DNA of 64,000 nucleotides from Azolla caroliniana (Eukaryota; Plantae; Polypodiophyta). The notes under the pieces were generated by a model, which was given only the letters and a program-made list of their open reading frames with translations, had not been told where the DNA came from and ran no database searches. Both the position numbers and the translations under genes were made by a program. The stretch spans positions 13,082,001-13,146,000 of the forward strand of contig JBHGNT010000018.1 of NCBI GenBank assembly GCA_043228905.1, given 5' to 3'. Of the stretch, positions 1 to 14,299 are shown piece by piece. Within the stretch, counting starts at the first letter, position 1. Every line of letters begins with the position of its first letter.

Positions 1-659
1 ATTGGTCCATACCGAAGTAACAATGCATTCGTCTCTACTTAATTACAATACTTTCGTATTGTTTAGCTATCCAACGAAAGGTGGTGATTAGGTAAATGTT
101 TTCTAATGTCGAATATATGGTTGTCTAGTTGATTTTGATACTTATAGCGGTATATACGTAACTTAGCCTTTCTTTACAAAAAAAATCGTAATATCGACAG
201 GAACCTCAATGTGAGGTAAAAGTGAGCACATTATGATTATACACGAAATGACCTCCTACCACACAAGTCACTACAAGTCCATTTATCTCGCGTAGTACGT
301 AGAAATATTCAAAGAAGAGGACACGTCAATCTAGTAAAAGGGGCCCCAATCTTTTTATGCACATCGGTATGTGAACCCAAAAGTTGTGCATATTCTTAAC
401 AAGAATAAGAAAAGTGAGGTTCTAAATAGGTATCGTGTAAGTTTTATGTGCACTTTAAAACGAGGTTCAAATTTATCCAACTAATACCTTAATTGGTGCA
501 AATTTTTGTGAACTAAATGATATTCTTTTCCTAACTTTGACATCCAAAGGAAGGCATTTTACCACACATTCTCTCTTTGCACTTACTGAAATTCAAAATG
601 ATTGAAACACTTGAGTTCATTTTGACCCTAAAAACATTTAAAGAAGGGGATATTTGTTG

Positions 660-970
660 AGATGTAACAATTAGGAAAGGAATGCCTCAATTTTGTTTTG
701 CATATCCTGAATTGCAAGAAGTCGTTTGGCAACAATATAATTGTGTACACAAGCAAGTTAAGGTCACATGCCTATTCCATCACACTCACTCTTGACTTCA
801 AGACACACACACACATTGTTGCGATGTATCATTTAGGTAAGGAATGCCTAAATTTTGTTTTGAATATCTTGAATTGGGGAGAAGTTGTTTGGCCACAATA
901 TATATTGCGTACATACACTAAATGAGGTCATGTACATGTGCCATCATACTCATTCTAACTTCAACGCGCA
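660..970. repeat. Diverged tandem duplication, ~160-bp unit
   Basis: ttagg-aaggaatgcct-aattttgttttg-atatc-tgaattg recurs at ~670 and ~832, with similar downstream sequence. Confidence 0.6.
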
Positions 971-1161
971 CTTGCACTCTCTCTCAATCAACTTTTGACC
1001 CATTGGACAGGAAGCATCAACCACCACAAATCACAATTATCCAATCATATTTACAAACAAATTGTCGATGTATCCCTTGTTAGTTAATTAATCATTCTTT
1101 GTATTGTGGAAAACATTGTTAATTTTGTCAACCCATTTTAAGGGCAAACAAATAGTGTGTG

Positions 1162-1423
1162 TGTTATGAACTCATGCATGAAATGAGTCATGCTATATCT
1201 ATTTTAGTCTTAAGCTTTAGTTAACAAGACTTCATGATGTAAATTGTATGCATGCATCCCATCATCTTGTGGGTCATAAACTCATATATCTCAATCATTT
1301 TGGATGATATAGAGAAGAGCATAGCCTATGAGCTCTATCTAGAGATTATATTGATATGTGATGAGTGATCTTGATTAATATCTAATCACTCATTGATCTT
1401 GTTTAATAGTCTATTCTATAACA
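1162..1423 (+). repeat. 5' LTR of element A (PBS at 1424-1437)
   Basis: TG...CA with 6-bp terminal inverted repeat; first 25 nt identical to 35801-35825. Confidence 0.85.
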
Positions 1424-1500
1424 CGTTATTAGCACGATTAGCCTCTCCCATAGCAATTAATTATTCTCTTATACAAATCTACCTTATTGTTACCATTAGC

Positions 1501-3518
1501 ATGGCTTCTCAAGCTCTACAAATAGAGAAATGTTTATTCCCGCCACTTGCATTCGATGGGTCCAATTATATGACTTGGATGGTTCATGTTAAAGGCCATC
1601 GCACAACGAAAGATCTTCTTCATACGGTAATTGATCATTTTAATGATGTTGAGAACTCAAATGCTAGGAAGCGGGGAGCAGAAGCGTTCATCTTCATCCT
1701 TCATCACCTTGATGTAAGCCTTCAAAATCAATACTTCTCCATCAAGAATCCATCAACTCTTTGGAAGCAACTCAAAGCCCATTTTGATCATCAACGAACT
1801 GTTCTCGGCCCCAACACTTTGCATGAATGGAATCAACTTCATTTTCAAGATTTCAAGACAGTTGTTGAATATAAATCCTCACTATTTGATATCGTTTGTA
1901 AACTTAAATTTTGTGGTCATGACAATCTTGTTCAAGAGGTGAATCTAATCAACAAAACGGTATCTACTTTTCATACCTCAAATTTTAATCTTTCCGAACA
2001 ATATCGTAATCGTGATTTTAAAACCTATGTTGAACTTTTATTTGCATTTCTTGTCGCTGAGCAACACCACCAAGTTCTCCTCAAGGACGACAAACTTCAT
2101 CCAGTTAGTCAACCTACGACTCCTCTACAATTCAAGGATTTGACGCATGTCGAGAGTGATTAGTCTAGACGACAAACATCGTCATCAACACCCATATGGA
2201 CAGAGTAGAGGAAGAGCAAGAGCAAGAAGAAATCAACAAAGGAATCAATATCCCACAAGTAATCTAGTCAAGCCAATGCACTATCAATCAAAGTCGAGTC
2301 AAGATAAGCCTTCATCGAATTCATGTCTTCGATGTAGTTTACGAGAGCACTGGGCAATTACTTGCCGAACTTCTAAGTTTCATGTTGATCTTTACTAGAA
2401 GTATGGCAAGCAAGGTCAAGATAGGAAACCAGAGGCTAATACGGTAGTAGAAACATCAACGATCTCACCATCAATTCCAATCTTGGAATATAATTTTATG
2501 GATCAACCTTTGGAATTCGAGTCCGAAGCCAACATGATTGATTTGAATTTTGCATACAAGCCGTTTTCTTTGTCTTATTGATTGTGCCTCAACACACACT
2601 ATTATATGTCATAAAGAATTCTTTCATCATAATATTAAAGATCAAGTCCCTTTCAACATCAAGACTATAGTTGGTTCTTGTATTGGACAAGGAAGAGGGC
2701 CCGCCACTATCCAACTTCCAAGTGGTGTTTTCTTGGAAATACATGATGCTATCTATGTGCATACCTCACTAAGAAATCTTCTTGCATTTGCAGATGTGCG
2801 ACGCAATGGATACCACCTCATGACATGGGAACAAGATGGGAAAGAGGCAATGTGAGTTGTCAAGCACTTGTCAAATGAGTTAGAAGTCTTCCCAAACCAC
2901 AAACCAATTGTATTGTTTCAACCTTAAAGCCCCGAAGATCCGCATGGCTTCATTTGCCCACTACTCCAATATTTCCTCGAAGGTCAATACTAATATAATG
3001 GATCTCTGGCATGATCATGGAAATACAATGATTAGGAGAATGATCAACAATGTTCATGATCTACCTTTAAAGTTGGAATACTTGAATCAAGTTAAAACTT
3101 GTTTTTGTGTTCCATGCGCATAAGGAAAGCTTGTGATTCATCCTTCCTTGCACAAGGAACCGTATGAGTCACCAAAATGTTTTGAGCGTATACATGGTGA
3201 TATCCATGGACCAATGCACCCTCCTTCCGGACCATTTTATTACTTCATGGGAGTCAACGATACTTCATCACGTTTTTCTCACGTCACACTTCTTTCTACT
3301 CGCAACATGGCGTTGTCTCGACTCTTCACCCTTATCATCAAGTAGCATGCTAATTAAGTCGATTCAGATTGACAACGTTGCCGAGTTTATGTCAACAACC
3401 TTTATTCGCTATTGCAAATCTATAGTTCAACATGGGGACATGCAATACTTCATGCAGCGCAACTTCTCCGATTACGACCGTCATCATATCATGTTTACTC
3501 TCCCCATCAACTTATGAC
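1501..3518 (+). pseudogene. Element A gag (CCHC-like knuckle), protease and N-terminal integrase; interrupted
   Basis: FDGSNYMTW gag start, CLRC..HWAITC knuckle, CLIDCASTHTII protease, ERIHGDIHGP integrase; stops and frameshifts. Confidence 0.85.
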
Positions 3519-3947
3519 TGTTATCGTATGAGATGTACGGGTGATTGATAATTGTGATAAGTGAGGGTGGTGAAAGATGTAATGTATGTGTAATGTTATA
3601 CGATTATGAGTGTGAATGTAAGTGTGAGTCTGGTGGATACAAAGATGTGTGAGTGAGTGACTAGCTGTGAATGCCCAAGGGGACTTGCACCCTTGTGTAT
3701 CTACCCTTGTGTAACTATTTAACCCCCCTTATGGGGAATGAATGAATACAATGAACATTTCTCTCTCAATTTCTCTCTCTCTCTCTCTCTCTCTTTTTCT
3801 TCTCCTTTACGTTGAACCCCCTTGGGAAGGGGGTGGAGCCATTCTAGGCGCCACCCCCCACCCCTCAATGTTTGTCAACATCTTTGTGATATCTCACCAT
3901 CATACCATTCATCATCTTCACTATTACACCATGTCTATCTTCACCAT
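3519..3947. repeat. Left LTR of element B, truncated at the junction with Gypsy C
   Basis: Co-linear with 33910-~34334; similarity stops at ...tcttcaccat. Confidence 0.85.
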
Positions 3948-6347
3948 GAGGGAGGCTCAGGAAGCTATCCGAAAACAAGCCACATAATGGATCAAAAAAG
4001 CGAACGAATGGAATGTCACCGAACTACGGGAGCAAAGGAAAACATCGGAGAAACCCACAGAGACGATGCAACAAGAGAACCCCACGTGGCAGGCACTACG
4101 GGAATGCCAGATTATGCTACCACTGGGTCCATTGCTGCAATTAGTGCCTCGATTCACCGATGGTTTAAAATCAGCATTGGCCCCACTAAGCCCTGCACCG
4201 GCTCCAGCGTTCTTCTCAAATCCTGAAGAGGGACCGACAGTGGTAGACACGAGCAATCTAGCAATCACCGCCATCATCAAAGGACGAGAAGTACCGAGGA
4301 CAATTGTCGATGGTGGATCAGGAGTAAATGTAATAAGCCTACAAACATGCGACACTCTAGGAATCCAGGAGTGGGAACCATGCCCGTTCTGGCTCCGGAT
4401 GGAGGACACCAGTTCGGTACGATCAACCGGATTGATCCGGGACTTGGAAGTGACAATCAGAGGCCATACCTTTCAGATTTCTACGGTAGTCCTCTAGTTG
4501 AACACGCAAGGAGCATATCCTTTGTTGTTGGGATGACCATGGTCAGGAACTGCTCGTATTAAACAAAACTGGTAGAAGAACAATATTACGTTCTGAAGAT
4601 GGAAAACTAAGGTGAGAGTACCAACACAACCTTTTGCAAGCCCAAGCAAGGAAGTAACACCATTGTATGCCGAAAGCGTGGACATGTTAGAAGGGCTTGC
4701 CGATGAAGAAGTAGATCGGTACCTCGAGGAGAACCCAAAGATAGTCCCTCTGTTTGAAGTAGACGTTGCCGACGCAGTCTCCCCATATATCGTGCACCCG
4801 GATGATGCCGGTGAGGAGTCGGATCGGGACGCAATTCGGGAACTATGCCAAGAACAAGAAGCCCTAGAGTGAGAGATGGCGGTATCACAACGGGTGAAAG
4901 CATCACAGTTGGAAGAAGTGAATTTAGGAACTGGGGAAGAAACAAGATCGGTACATGTGGCCAAAGAAATGCCACCAGAGGAGAAATCGGCAATGGTAAC
5001 ATTATTGAAAGAATTCCGGGATGTATTTGTGTGATCATATGAGGACATGCAGGGACTGGACCCGCAATTGTATCAACATCAGATCCATTTGAGCAAGGAT
5101 GTGAAACCGGTAGCACAAAGACGTTACTGGATGAATCCGAATTATGCGGCTAAAGTGAAGGAGGAGATTGATAAGTTGTTGCGGGTTGGTTTCATCTGGC
5201 TAGTGAAGAAGGCCACCTGGTTAAGCCTGATTGTGGTAGTAGCTAAGAAAAACGGAAAAATCCGGGTCTGTGTAGATTACCGGAAATTAAACGCTGCCAC
5301 TGTCACCGATGCATTTCCGCTTCCATTCACGAATGGAGTCTTGGATGCAGTGGGGGGTCATGAGGTGTATAGTTTCCTCGACGGATTCAGTGGGTATAAC
5401 CAAATCAGGATGCACTCGGACGACCAGGAGAAAACAAAGTTCGTAACCAAATGGGGAGTCTTCGTAGCGGTCGTGATGATGTTCCTGGACTAAAGACGGC
5501 ACCGACAACGTTCCAATGAATCATCATGGAAATTTTCGGGTAGTTTATCCCAATGTTTATGCAGGTGTTCTTAGATGACTTTGTGGTGTATACCAAGAAA
5601 GGATAACATCTTGACCATCTTTGGTTATGCCTAGAAAAATGCAGAGGTTACTGAGTAAGTCTGAATAAGGCGAAATGCGTATTCGGGGTAACCAACAGTA
5701 CGCTACTAGGTCATATCGTTAGTAATGATGGGATTGCGGTGGACCCGGATAAAGTTAAAGCCCTTTTGGAAGCACCTGCACCGACAACCGCCAAAGCTTT
5801 AAGCCAGTTTTTAGGACAGATCCGGTGGCATAGCCGGATGCTCCGATACTTGGCGGACCTTGCGACACCACTACATGCAGCCGTACACCAGACACCCTTC
5901 CAATGGATGGAATTGGAGGAAAGGGCATACCATGCGCTCAAAGTAATGTTGTCCCAGGCACTAGTGGTACAACCCCCGGATTGGTCAAAGGAATTTCATG
6001 TGTTTGTGGACACATATGATATTACAATTGACAGTGTTCTTATGCAGCTCACTGAACCGAAGTGGTACCGGCTAGTTTACTACGCCAGTGGACAGCTCTC
6101 CCAGGCGGAACAGAATAAATAGACAATGGAAAGGGAAGCCTTGGGAATGGTATATAGTGTAACGAAGTACTGACATTACTTGCTAGGATGGAAATTCTCA
6201 TTCCATGTGGATCATTCGACATTGTTGTACTTGGTCTCCAAATCATCATTAACTGGCAAACTAGCACGATGGACATTGCTTCTATAGGGGTTCGAAATTG
6301 AAATCTACTATAGACCGGGAGTACAACATGCAGTAGCGGATTACTTG
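3948..6347 (+). pseudogene. Gypsy C protease, reverse transcriptase and RNase H (decayed)
   Basis: IVDGGSGVNVI protease; RVCVDYRKLN, FLDGFSGYNQI and VFLDDF RT motifs; FHVFVD...VYYASGQL RNase H. Confidence 0.92.
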
Positions 6348-6637
6348 TGTTGCCATAAAAGGCCGACTCCTTCCAAATTGTATCCGTTCGAGTGTGAACT
6401 CGTTAATAAGTTAGGGCTTAGTATATAAGCAAATACCTAACATTGTAATGAGTAATGACGAGAAGAGTATTGTATCTCTAAGAGAGAACGAAGTAATAAG
6501 AAGCTTTCCATTAAAGCTCGATCGACTGTCTAAGTCTCTATTCGCTGTATTTCTTGTGTGTTGTGTTTTTGTGCATAAGCGAACAGGTCCGCAAACGTTT
6601 TCTGCATACGTATACATAAATATACATAGTTCCGACA
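6348..6637 (+). repeat. 5' LTR of Copia D
   Basis: TGTTG...GACA; matches 11110-11139 joined to 20508-20753. Confidence 0.92.
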
Positions 6638-6649
6638 ACTGGTATCCGA

Positions 6650-9600
6650 AACAGGAGTTGAAATCAGAAAGTTCAATGGCAAAAATTTTGCCCTATGGAA
6701 GGAGATGATGCAGGGTGTGCTGATCATCCGAAGATAGGTTGAAGCCATTCAGCACAACGAAAAGCCTACTTCGATGACAACAAAAGAGTGGAGATCAGTG
6801 GACGAAATAGCACGATCCACCATCCGAATGCACCTAGCTTAAAACATCTACTTCAGCATGGTGAAAGAGATGACATCGTTCTCATTGTGGGAGAAGCTAC
6901 AGACCGTTTGTGAAAAGAAGTCCTCATCTTCGAAACTGATCTTGATCAAACAACTGTTCAACATGAAGATGAGAGAGACCGATCCGGCAACCTCCCACAT
7001 CAACACCTTCAGCCGGGTGTTGTTTGAGCTCTCGTCACAAGGGATCAACTTCGAAGAAGAAGTGAAAGCCCTTGCCCTCCTGTCGAGCTTGTCGGTGAGT
7101 TGGGAGGTATTTTGCACGACATACGCCAATAGCGGACCGATCCTAGTAACTTGGACGAAACAATTGGCCAAGTCCTCACAGAGGACATCAGGCGAAAATC
7201 GATGGGACTAACCATCGATGAGTCTGTAGAAGCCCATCAATCGATCGAATCGTTCAACCAACAGAATCGAACGAAAGCACAAACCAACAGAACCGGTCGA
7301 CGCTCCAACCAATCGAAAATAAGGGTTGACCGACAACGGTCGAAGTCAAAAATGGTCTGAACAAGTGAGTACTGCACACACTGCAAGAAAGCTGGCCACA
7401 ATGTTTCCAACTGCTAGTCATTAAAAAGAAAAGAGAGTGGTCGGCGATCCGAGCAAAATCGGGGACGTTTTGGCTCGGACCACTCTCCAATCGGCAACCA
7501 AATCAACGTTGCCGAAACCCGATCCGAAGAAATCCTCTCCTTAGAGGACTCAATGATCGGAGAAGCCCTATACAATGCACAAGTTGCACACACGTGGCTA
7601 CTAGACTCTGGCACCACATTTCACGTGACCCCCAACATTGAATGGTTCTCGAACTATTTAACTGATGCCAGCGGCACAGTCCGACTGGGAAACAGGCAGG
7701 AGTGCAAGATAGCCGGAACCGGGGAGGTTCCCATCAGATTGCCAAATGGCAACACAATAACCATGCACCGAGTTCGGCACGTACCCGATCTAAAGAGGAG
7801 TCTGGTCTCCATCGACATGTTAGCCGAAGACGGGTATCGAACGACTCTACACGAGTCGACATGGGTGATCACCCGAGGAAACCTAAAAATCGGTAGTGGG
7901 CACAAGTATATTAATCTATACCCATTGATGGCGATCAACCCTGAAGGGGCCGTGAACGTAGCCGAAAAGACCGCCCCGAACCTATAGCATGGCTGACTTG
8001 GCCATATGTCTCAAGCCGGACTTGATCGGCTGATGTCGATCAGCTACATCCCGAAACTCTAGGCAAAGACGGACTTCTACGAGCATTGTTGATATGGGAA
8101 ATAGACCCGAAGTCCGCACTCTCTCCACTATGAGACGGTATGACAACCCCTAGAGCTTGTGCACACAGACATATGTGGGCCCATACCAGAGCGATCACTA
8201 GGAGGCTCCCGGTACTTCATCACATTCGTAGATGACTGTACACAGAAAGTTTGGGCATACTCCATCAAGTCCGAAGACGAAGCGCTCGAGGTCTTCATCT
8301 GATGGATATCTGAAGTGGAGAACTGGTCGGGATATAGAGTGAAGACACTCCGATTCGACAACCAAGGTGAATACACCTCTAGAGCCTTCAAACAGTATCT
8401 GTCCGGAAAAGGGATCTGACACCAAAAGACCGTTCCCTACACACTCATGCAAAATGGAGTGGCAGAACAGATCAGCAAGACGATCGAGGAGAGGGTGACG
8501 ACAATGCTCCACCAAGCCGGACTGAAGCTGGAATTCTGGGCTGAGGCATTGCAGACGACAATGTACCTGATAAATTTGGCGTCGTCAAGAGCAATCAAGC
8601 TCGAAGTGCCACTAGCACTATGGTCAAGCAAACAACCGACCTATGATAGGCTCCATATATTCGGATGCGAAAACTACGCCTTCATCCCCAAGTACAAAAG
8701 GACGAAGTTGGCACCCCATGCAACAAAGTGTATATTTCTCGGTTATGGAACCGATGGGGACTTTGGCCACCGACTACGGGACCTTGAGAACCAGAAATTG
8801 ATCCGGACCAGCGATGTAGTCTTCAATGAAGACTCTATCTTCTCTCAGCGGTACCAACAGAAAATAGTTGGTAAGAAGGTTTCCTTCGAAGATGACAACA
8901 CTATCGCAAAAGGATTGACCCAACGGGCCGAATCAGAGGCTCGAGAAATAATCGAATTCCAACAAGCTGCCAACTTCCCTGCTAACACTGAATCGACAAC
9001 AAGTCCTATCGTCGAACTCAAAGACAAATTCTTCAAAGACATAGCTGAATCAACAAGGATCGATAAAAGCAAAGTCACCAGAGACAAGTAAGAAAAGAGT
9101 CGACAACAACCACAAGGGAGGACACCCAAACACTGCCGAAATCCCAATCCGGGGGTGGGACACCTAACAAGTCTCCTGACACAATTGGTTTAACAAATAC
9201 CGATCGCCAATTGGAACCGATCTAAGGATCCGAACCAGATATTACGGCACCTAGGAGATCTGGACGAGCTCGAAGGCAAACAAAGTTTTATCAACAGGGC
9301 CTCGACTATGTCAACTACACGGATGTAGGTGAACCAAGCACGTATGAATAAGCCATGGTCGCACCGGACGCCGAAGCATGGCTACAAGCCATGAAATCCA
9401 AAATGGACTTGATTCATTAGAATCAGACATGGGAGCTGGTCGAACTACGAGTTGGAAGGAAGCCGCTACCTTGCAAATGGGTTTTCCGATACAAGTATGT
9501 ATCCGAGTCAGAGAAACCCAAGTACAAAGCTCGACTTGTCGCGAAAGGATTCAAACAGGAATACAGGGTTGACTACAATGAGATATTCTCACTAGTAGTC

Positions 9601-10911
9601 AAGATGACCACCCTTTGACTCCTACTAGGTGTCATGGTGACAGAAGATCTAGAGCTCGAGCAGATGGACGTAAAGACGACATTCCTACACGGAGATATGG
9701 AAGAAGACATATACATGTCTCAACCGGTAGGCTTCACGGCAACGGGGGAGGACAGTCACCTCGTATGTCGACTAAAGAAAAGTCTATATGGCCTAAATCA
9801 AGCGCCGAGAATGTGGTACCAGAAGTTTGACTCCTACATACGGCAGCTTGGATACAATAGAACAGACTTCGACCCATGCATGTATGTTCGGCAACTGGCG
9901 GACGAGTCAAGGATCTATCTGATCCTATACGTCGAAGACATGTTGATTACTAGGAGAAATCAAGCAGAGATTGGTAAGCTGAAGCGGAGCCTTCACACAA
10001 AGTTCACAATGAAGGAACTCGGACAAGCCCGACACATTCTGGGCATGAGGATAGAGCAAAATCGGATGACCAAAACTCTCTGACTCTCACAATGAATACA
10101 TCCGCAAGGTGCTGAAGCACTTCGACATGGAGAATGCGAAGCTAGCACCGACACCGCTTCTGATGTCAATTAGACTATCGAACAGAGAATCTCCTGCAAC
10201 GGACAAGGAGAGAGAGCTTAATGGAAAGATACCCTACGCATCGGCAGTAGGAAGTATCATGTATGCAATGGTGGCAACCCGACCTGACCTAGCCTATGCC
10301 GTAGGGGTGGTCAACTGGTACATGTCAAACCTAGGAAAGAAGCACTGGGAGGCCGTCAAGCACATCCTTAGGTATCTAAAAGGAACCACAGATGCACAAC
10401 TGACTTTCAGACTGACAACCTCAGCCAAAGTCGAAGGCTACACTGATTCCGACTATGCCGGGAACACGGACAATCGGAAATCGACATCAGGCTACATCTT
10501 CACCTATGGTGGTGGTGCGATATCATGGAGGTTGAAACTTCAAGAGTTCACGGCTCTATCTACCACAGAAGCCGAGTACATAGTAGCATCGGAAGCAATG
10601 AAGGAAGCGATCTGGCTGCACCGACTGACTGCCGACTTCAGAACTGTGAACCAAAACTACCGATCAATGCCGACCATCTATTGAGACTCATAGAGCGCAA
10701 TACACCTCATCAACAATCCCGTCTATCATGCGAAGAAGAAGCACATTGAGGTGCGATATCATCATATCTGGGAGCTCGTAAACAAAAAGAAACTCGAAGT
10801 CCGGAAGATCGACACCCAGGTGAACATCGCCGATTGCCTGACAAAGCCACTCCCAGATCTACGCTTCGGAGCCCTAAGGACGAAAATGGGGCTACGACAA
10901 GCGACCGAGTA
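6650..10911 (+). pseudogene. Copia D gag-PR-INT-RT-RH polyprotein (stops and frameshifts)
   Basis: WLLDSGTTFHV protease; QNGVAE and FWAEA integrase; QMDVKTTFLHG and LYVEDML RT; GYTDSDYAG and TTEAEY RNase H. Confidence 0.93.
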
Positions 10912-11506
10912 GAAGAAAGCCAAACGAGGAGCAGAAGGTAAGATCTGATTGGAACAATAACGACACATCGTATACATCTGCCGACTCGGCTGCATGCCGA
11001 CCGACTTGTAACATATAAACTTAGATCAATTTTGTAATCTAAGCTTACGAGGGAGATAATCCCAAACACTTGTACATGCAAGAAAGAGTAGTCCTTTTAC
11101 GGGGGAGTTTGTTGGCATAAAAGGCCGACTCCTTCCAAAACACGTTCGCGTTCACAAGTGGAAGGATCACGCATAAATGGAAGGGTAAGGAATATTTTGG
11201 TTGATTTTAGGGCTTTTTCAATGATTTTACAAAACACATTGATACCAGTATCATACATGTTCAAACATACTATGAAAAAGGTTAAAAATCCACTATTTTC
11301 GTGATTTAGAAGTAACTAAAAAAAGAGGAATTTCAAAAAGTTACATTCTCAATTTATATCACAAACTTTACAACCAATGTTATTTTATAAGAAACGATTT
11401 TTTAGAAATCATAAGAATTCAAAACACATGCTTTTATATTACTCGATTTGTTACAAGCGGAATGTAGTTACACTTAATAGCCAAATATACATTCGTGATC
11501 ACTCCT

Positions 11507-14053
11507 TTACAGAGAATCACTACTATAACTAATATACAATGACGATTCGTCCTCGTCATCCTCGGATGTACCAATGAGTGCATTTTCTTCGTCATAAACC
11601 AAATGGTTTGACTCTAGATTATATGTAGCAGATCTCGTTTGCCTTTGACTCGAGCTACCTTGTAGACTTGGTAATTTTTCTTTTATTATATCTATTGTTG
11701 ACTTCCTTAATCGTCCGGCTTTTGTAAGTGTGAAGTCGTACACGATGATATCCACATCAGAGATATCAAGGGTCGAGGTGTTACGAATGTTTCGCTTCCT
11801 CTTCCTACCTCCCCTTCTTGTTGGGCATTCAATCATCTCCAATGTATACTTACCTGTAAAAGCATTTGCACTTCTAGTGTTGTACCAATGAACGTTTATA
11901 GACTTGATCGTGTTTTCTATTTCATGCATTAGCACTTCTAGAATTTTACCCACCCAAATTTGGTGGCCATGTGAGTTCTCATCAGTCGGCGTTGCAATCA
12001 ACATCCCCGCCGTGAGCTCTTGCAAATTGCCTTGCCATCTAGCTTCGGCTACTTTGGTCATCCTTGGTCCCACATAAATGTCTCTTTGTTGTGGATGGAC
12101 CAAGTTGTCATTAATCGCATTTGGTCATTGCTCTGGAGTTCTATTTACACGATCATGTTGCAGCGGCCATGTGAATGGCGTTTCCAAATTCCAATTATCA
12201 CCAAATACACAATTGTCTATAATTCCTTTTTTATCACTATAAAATACATCCCACCATGACGTGTCTTATTGTGCGGCATATTTCTTGGCGGCCTCAATAT
12301 GCTTTCTTTTTTCTTCTAAGGCTTGGAGCCATGACCGTTTTTGTTCTGATACCAAGACACTCTACAACTGTCCTTTCTTCTCAATTGGCATTTGCTTACC
12401 TCCATGGACAATTGTACTCGGCATACAAAGTAATAACTGGCAACCACCTTCAGGTTCCCATGTTGTAGAAGATGAATATTGTTTAGCATACAAAAGTGTA
12501 GAACCACTTATTTCATTTTTCTTTATCATAAAAATGTGATCGAAACTTATATTATTTAATTGGGCAAGCACTTTAACATTCCCACCACCCCCATCTGATA
12601 TATATCTCTTAAAGTCATATACCTCCTTCAAGTGTAACACTTTTGGGCGTGGTGTATATGCATCACAAATGACATCAAATAGTTTAGGTAAAGTGAAAGC
12701 ATCATGCCGAGACAACTGTCTGGAGAATGTGCTAAACATCTGATCTATATGGTCATGTGTGTGGCCAACCAAAAGAAAATTGACTTTCACTTTCCTAAAC
12801 AATCCTTGGTTGACCAACATACTTAGATAGCCAAACACAGTTGAATTTTTGTTCTCTCTAGTAGTATTGTCCAATTGAATGTATAGAATAGGGGGGAAAG
12901 GTTGGCCCCAAGACATCAAAACTCGGTGAATCATTGTAACTGTTAGGTTAGGGTCACTGTGAACATTGGGGTATGTAATGAAGACGTGAGGTCCAACAGA
13001 CCTATTATAAGCCAAGCATCCCACCAAGTCCATTTGAACCAGGCACTCATCATTGACATCTTTGGGGAGCCTCCGCATATGCGGCAAACACGTCTTCTTC
13101 TGGTCCATGCCATCTATCATTAAGCACATGTATTGTTCGGGCCTCTTCAAACACTTCTCTCTATGATGCATCACCTTCTTTCGTTCTAACGATTGTGCCT
13201 CACGATGCTCTTGTAGTAACTTCTTACTCATATCCTTTTCCATTGATGTCTTTGCACCTTTAGCCAAACTTTTAAGATTTGCACAAATGGAGCAATACCC
13301 CATGCGTAATTTACGTGGAATGATAACATTTGAAAACCGAGCTCTCCATAATCTTGTGAATTGGCTATATGTGATAGACTTATTATGTGAGCCCACCATA
13401 TCAGATCGATAGACATCATAAACTTCTCGACGTGTATAATTATCAGAAAGGTGCATCCTACTTGTAGTGGGCATTACTTCACAATTTAACTGAAAGTAAC
13501 TTTTCATCCAACCAATAGCATGTCTTCCAATTACACCTTTCATACTTGGAACCTTTTTACAATTGAGCATCTGATCCCCGCTAAGTAGACGTTGTTGTAC
13601 TCTATGTAGCCACATGTTACTAACACATAACACAATTTTGAATGCAACTCTACATATCTGTTGCACATGGAAGATATAATACTCGAATGATACTTTGATC
13701 CCCGTACATTTGTTAGATACTAGTTGCATATGTGACCCGAGGTAAGTGTCTTGCTCATCACCAGTCATCGAAAAATAGTATCGCCTTAATTCTCGCAACT
13801 TTGATTTTCCAATCATAGACATACAACCACGAGCACAACATATTTTTTTGACATCAAATCCAATCTGTTTATCTGATGTCACCAAGCTAAATCTAGCCAA
13901 ACGAATTCTTCGTGGGATTCTTCTAATATGCATAGGGCTTCCAGATTTCTCCTCCTGCATAGAGGTTGGTGTAACCTTGTTACAATCTAATTCTTTGTTG
14001 TGACCATCGCCAATGTTATTCGATGTTTCATTGGCACTACCTTCATTCTCCAT
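11507..14053 (-). pseudogene. DDE-type transposase (Sola-like/DUF7869-type) with Cys-rich N-terminus and C-terminal beta-barrel-like domain; in-frame stops in the linker
   Basis: 563-aa ORF with CSIC, LMIDGMDQ, YIQLDNTTRENKN and FLLVGHTHDHIDQMFS. ORF 11507-12103 is in the same frame, 86 codons downstream. A frameshifted LSTDSPYSIEEYC-repeat N-terminus may extend to ~14253. Confidence 0.8.
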
Positions 14054-14299
14054 ATCTTTATTAATATCGTATTCTTCAATAGAGAACTCTTCACATGGTC
14101 ATTATTTACATTCTCTATAGGTGAAGATGAGCTCAGACAATATTCTTCGATAGAATATGGTGAGTCTGTCGACAGACAATATTCTTCAATAGAATATGGT
14201 GAGTCTGTTGACAAACAATACTCTTCGGTAGAAAATGATGAGTCTGATGACAAACAATATTCTTCAATCGAGAACGATAAATCTTCACTCGTGGCTTAA

